Below are positions 60,590 to 64,000 of a stretch of DNA of 64,000 nucleotides, one piece after another (within the stretch, counting starts at the first letter, position 1; each line of letters begins with the position of its first letter). Both the position numbers and the translations under genes were made by a program. The notes below the pieces were generated by a model. That model worked only from the letters and a program-made list of their open reading frames with translations. It ran no database searches and was not told the origin of the DNA. The stretch is from Chlorokybus atmophyticus (lineage: Eukaryota; Plantae; Mesostigma and Chlorokybus algae), in contig RHPI01000810.1 in NCBI GenBank assembly GCA_009103225.1, positions 1,343,962 through 1,407,961 of the forward strand. The letters run 5' to 3'.

Positions 60590-61120
60590 TGTCACAGCCC
60601 ACTCGACCACAAAAGACTTGATGCTTTTATGGTCGATTTGTGGTAATTTAATGTACCTTCCCGTTACATTCCCCCCCACTTAAGAACGCTGACGTCCTCG
60701 GCAGCTGGCGCTCATCAGCTGGGGAATCTTCCCAGGGGTCTGATTTAGGGTCGGTTACCGGCCCCACCACCCAAGGACCGGTCTATTTAGGCCCAAACCG
60801 ATAAACGCGCGCATAGCGCACCGCTGCCGGCCCCACAGGTCGCATCGCGACAGGCAGGTCGCGTCCTGCCGCGCCGACTGAACTGGTCAGTCCGACGCGA
60901 CTGCCATTAGGCAAGTCGCGACCTATCGATGATGGCACTTATGAAGTGACCAATTACGATTTTATTGGATCGAGAAACAACGACCGCGGAATTCGTGTGC
61001 AAGGCAGGAATCGAACCCGGGCCTCAAGCTCCGATGACCAATGTCACAGCCCACTCGACCACAAAAGACTTGATGCTTTTATGGTCGATTTGTGGTAATC
61101 TAATGTACCTTCCCGTTACA
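60590..61120 (-). mobile_element. Second TRIM family, 531 bp: 79-bp LTRs (61120-61042, 60668-60590), PBS, PPT, split A/B boxes
   Basis: LTRs identical at 78/79 positions. PBS TGGTCATCGGAGC; A-box-like TGGTCGAGTGG (61061-61051); B-box GGTTCGATTCC (61017-61007); PPT AAGTGGGGGGGAA, the same as the gypsy PPT. It has no TSD of its own. Confidence 0.9.
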
Positions 61121-62584
61121 GCTATGGCAGCAACCGTTGCTGCCATAGCCTGCCACACGAGGAGTCACATGCCATTTATACACATGTTCCACTCCAACCA
61201 TGTATATGATACTTGCAATATTAAAAACCATGCTTTATGACATATCTAATTGGTCATGACGTACTACTTTTGATAAGGTCATCAAGCCTTGCTTTGGGAG
61301 CTCAAAAACTTGGAAACTTTTATGACAAATGAATGCATACTCACTTGATGCCATTTTCAGTAAGTAAAGGCTCATAAGGCATAAAGCAAAGCAACAAGCG
61401 ATTTTACAAGTTTAAGGTCGAGGGCATAGCTCATGTGACCAACATATTGTGTATTGCGAGTTTGATTAGCTTTTATGAGATTGCACTCTCATATCTACTT
61501 GCATGCAAGTAGACATACAGCAGGGAGTTAATAATAGTTAACATGGTGGGGTGCATCCCATGGGCATAAGTGTCAAAAAGTGTATGCATAGATATCATTC
61601 AATACACCCAATTAAGTAAAACGCGATATGTACTTGGCCCGCCAAGCTTGCTTTACATTGTTTTTATTGTCATGTGCGTGGCAACCTTGATGATCGATTT
61701 GAAAAATCCTGTTTACGATGTGGTTAATATTATAATAACCATGATTATAGCGCAACACTCATAAAATATAAACAAACGTGGTTTTTATCAACCTTACAAC
61801 TTCGGGCTTAAAGATACAAATGTAGCACTCTGGAAAAATTTTGCACTATAAATGCATGGCATGATCATTACATAAATGCCATGTACGAACGTGCCCCGTA
61901 CTGAGTTTTTGCGCCATAAGTGATGCATCCGTGATCGGCATTAATTGCAAGTGGTTGAATACATTGCAACGTTGTGTGCGATTGGTCCGGTATTAAACCT
62001 CGCTCAATATTAACATGGGCATTTGTATCACAAGTTTCTTAATTCGTGTGCTGTTTGCTGCCAATGCAATGATAGCAACATGCCACAAGCTATTGCCATC
62101 GCATTCATGTGCATCCATATGGTAGCATAACAATAGTAATGCATGTTCAAGCCTTTAAATGTAAGATCATCTTTGACCATTTATCAATGACCTAACAAAT
62201 TCTATTAGTATATACGTTAATTAAATTTGAACATAGCAATAAAGTATATTGCATTTATCACTTAACATTGCGCAGATTTCCTTGATGTTGGTCTTGATGC
62301 ATTGTACATGCAACACATGACGGTGCACGTTCACAAGCTAAATGTTGCACAGTGTAACAGAGTCGCTGTCACCGTAGTGGATAGTTTTGCAAGCATGACA
62401 ATTCTCAGAGCCTGTTAGGAGATAGGTATCATGCTGTAAGATGATGACTCGTCACGCTTTGCTGCATAGCGAGTCACCACGCGTGACGCCAGATGATATG
62501 ATTATCCAACAAAACATTAAACTTGGCGTATTAGCGAAGGCGTCCTTGTCGTTGCCGGCGTCGTTGCCGGCGTCCTTGAGGCCC

Positions 62585-63629
62585 ATGGCGGCATTGTCCT
62601 CCTCCTGGTTGATTTTGTTTCCACCCCTAACGCTGCTATCTTCGTCGCCTCCGCCTGCCGCCGCCTCCCCGCAGCTGCATGCCCGCCGGCGCAGCAGCCT
62701 GGGTTGCAGCTGCAGCTTCACCTGCAGCCCAGCAGGCGGCGGCGGCGGCGGCGGCGGTGTCGTGGGCGAGGGCCTGGAGCGAGGCGTTCAATTTGATGGA
62801 GGCATCGGAGTGCATGGACGACGGCGATCAGGCGTTCGTGCTCGTGCTGGCCGTAGAGACAGGGACTGGGAGAGCGACAGGGATAGAGATAGGGATAGAG
62901 ATAGGGAGAGGGATAGGGTTAGAGACAGGGACAGGGATAGGGATAAGGATAGGCTCAGGGACATGGAGCAGGAAGAGGAGGCGGTTGAGGACGATCCCTG
63001 GGGGGCGTTCCTGGCTTATTTAGGGTTGAGGCAGCCTCCAAGGTATGGCTACACATTAGCCGCATTGATATGTCATACTTACACCGTAGCTTGCTGTTGA
63101 TTACACGCCTTCTTCTTGCTTTCTTTTCCGAAACCCCAATTGCATTGCAGCTGCGCTTTGCTGATGGCATTGCAGTTGCAGCATCTACACATGCTCACTG
63201 TTTTTCTGTTCTCCGTGTTAGCAGTATGAGCATGCATGCAAGTAAGAGGCACATCACTTTGTGTGTTACATATGCAGTACCAGACACTTACATACATACA
63301 TCTCACTCTGTCGCATATTGAGGAAGTAAGGAAAGTGCATTCGATGCATGCAATGCATTCAGTTGCAAAGCCAGTTTGGTCCAAGTTGTTACACCCGATC
63401 ACATGTGTTTGGGTTGCAGAGGAGCGAATAATAACCCGCAAGAGCGCGAGCGTGAGCGTGAGCGAGAGATGGGTTGGGGCACGCACGTGGACCCTGTCGA
63501 CGGCGTGGCTGAGTACGACGACCCGTATGCGGCGGCGGAGGAGCAGCGGCGCTTCTCGGCGGATCACATGGACCATGAGGATGAGAACGATTGGGAGGAT
63601 TGGATTGACCGATCGTACTTCACGCGAGG
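62585..63629 (+). CDS. 5' exons of a gene of unknown function with a plastid-transit-peptide-like N-terminus and Arg-Asp repeats; probably runs past the window
   Basis: MAALSSSWLILFPPLTLLSSSPPPAAASPQLHARRRSS.. then (RD)n; phase-2 intron (PR|GANNN); exon 2 ends at a GT donor. Confidence 0.6.
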
Positions 63630-64000
63630 TGTGTGTTTGTGATGCGTGTGTGTGCATGTGTGTGCGTGCGAGCAGTTTTGGTTGTGCTGTTTTGCTACTG
63701 GAAGTGGCAGCATGTGCAGCAGCTAGACTTGAAGCTTAAGTGAAGGGTTGCGATGCTTGCGAATGGGGTCCGTATGTATGGTGTAGTGTGATGCACGCTG
63801 AGTGCAATTTTTGGCAGAGCGCGCGTGTGCGTGTGCGTGTGCATGGCCCATGCGCGTGCACCTGCGCGTCCCTGTGCGAGTGCGGGTGTTATGTATTTTG
63901 AATCAAACATACCACTTGCAGCTGGAGTGAGTCTTGCAGTGCAGTGTCAAGTGTTCATCTGCACTTTCCTGAGCTTTGTGTCACTGGTGACGCTCCATAT

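Larger units (their letters stand above)
52008..61120 (-). mobile_element. Composite LTR element: TRIM + 112-bp U5 remnant + chromoviral Ty3/gypsy body + palindromic 3' LTR, bounded by TSD GCTAT
   Basis: GCTAT at 52003-52007 and 61121-61125. Outer ends TGTAACGGGA/TCCCGTTACA. PBS-like TGGTATCCAGGAG at 60464-60476; PPT at 52613-52625. Confidence 0.8.

Noticed and set aside
61000-61075. tRNA gene (Gly-like T-arm)
   Set aside because: No acceptor or anticodon stem can be formed, and the boxes straddle an LTR end and PBS.

Overview
Eukaryotic, intron-rich, microsatellite-rich DNA with three N-gaps. The plant-type TIR, the iMet-primed chromovirus, the PHD-integrase relic and a plastid-transit-like gene suggest a green alga or early streptophyte (inference). 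Left to right: (1) a CACTA/EnSpm transposase tail-to-tail with a ~1,560-aa SET-domain/coiled-coil gene, their introns sharing a repeat motif; (2) an apparently intact 7-exon TIR-NB-ARC-ARM gene with a Cys-rich repeat tail; (3) decayed Ty3/gypsy relics; (4) a 2-exon, 216-aa gene in which a hydrophobic N-terminal helix is fused directly to an EDS1/PAD4-type EP-domain segment with no lipase domain; (5) two copies of a short-TIR non-autonomous DNA element; (6) two unrelated TRIMs with a split tRNA-type Pol III promoter; (7) a tail-anchored C2 protein and a type-I membrane SBBP beta-propeller protein; (8) a dead pogo element; (9) a 9.1-kb TRIM+chromovirus composite bounded by one 5-bp TSD and ending in a palindromic 605-bp LTR; (10) the 5' part of a probably plastid-targeted gene. 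The best candidate for an undescribed system is the lipase-less, membrane-anchored EP-domain gene about 8.7 kb from a TIR-NB-ARC gene, a possible pre-seed-plant TIR-to-EP signalling module. All family calls come from motifs read by eye; no database search was run.
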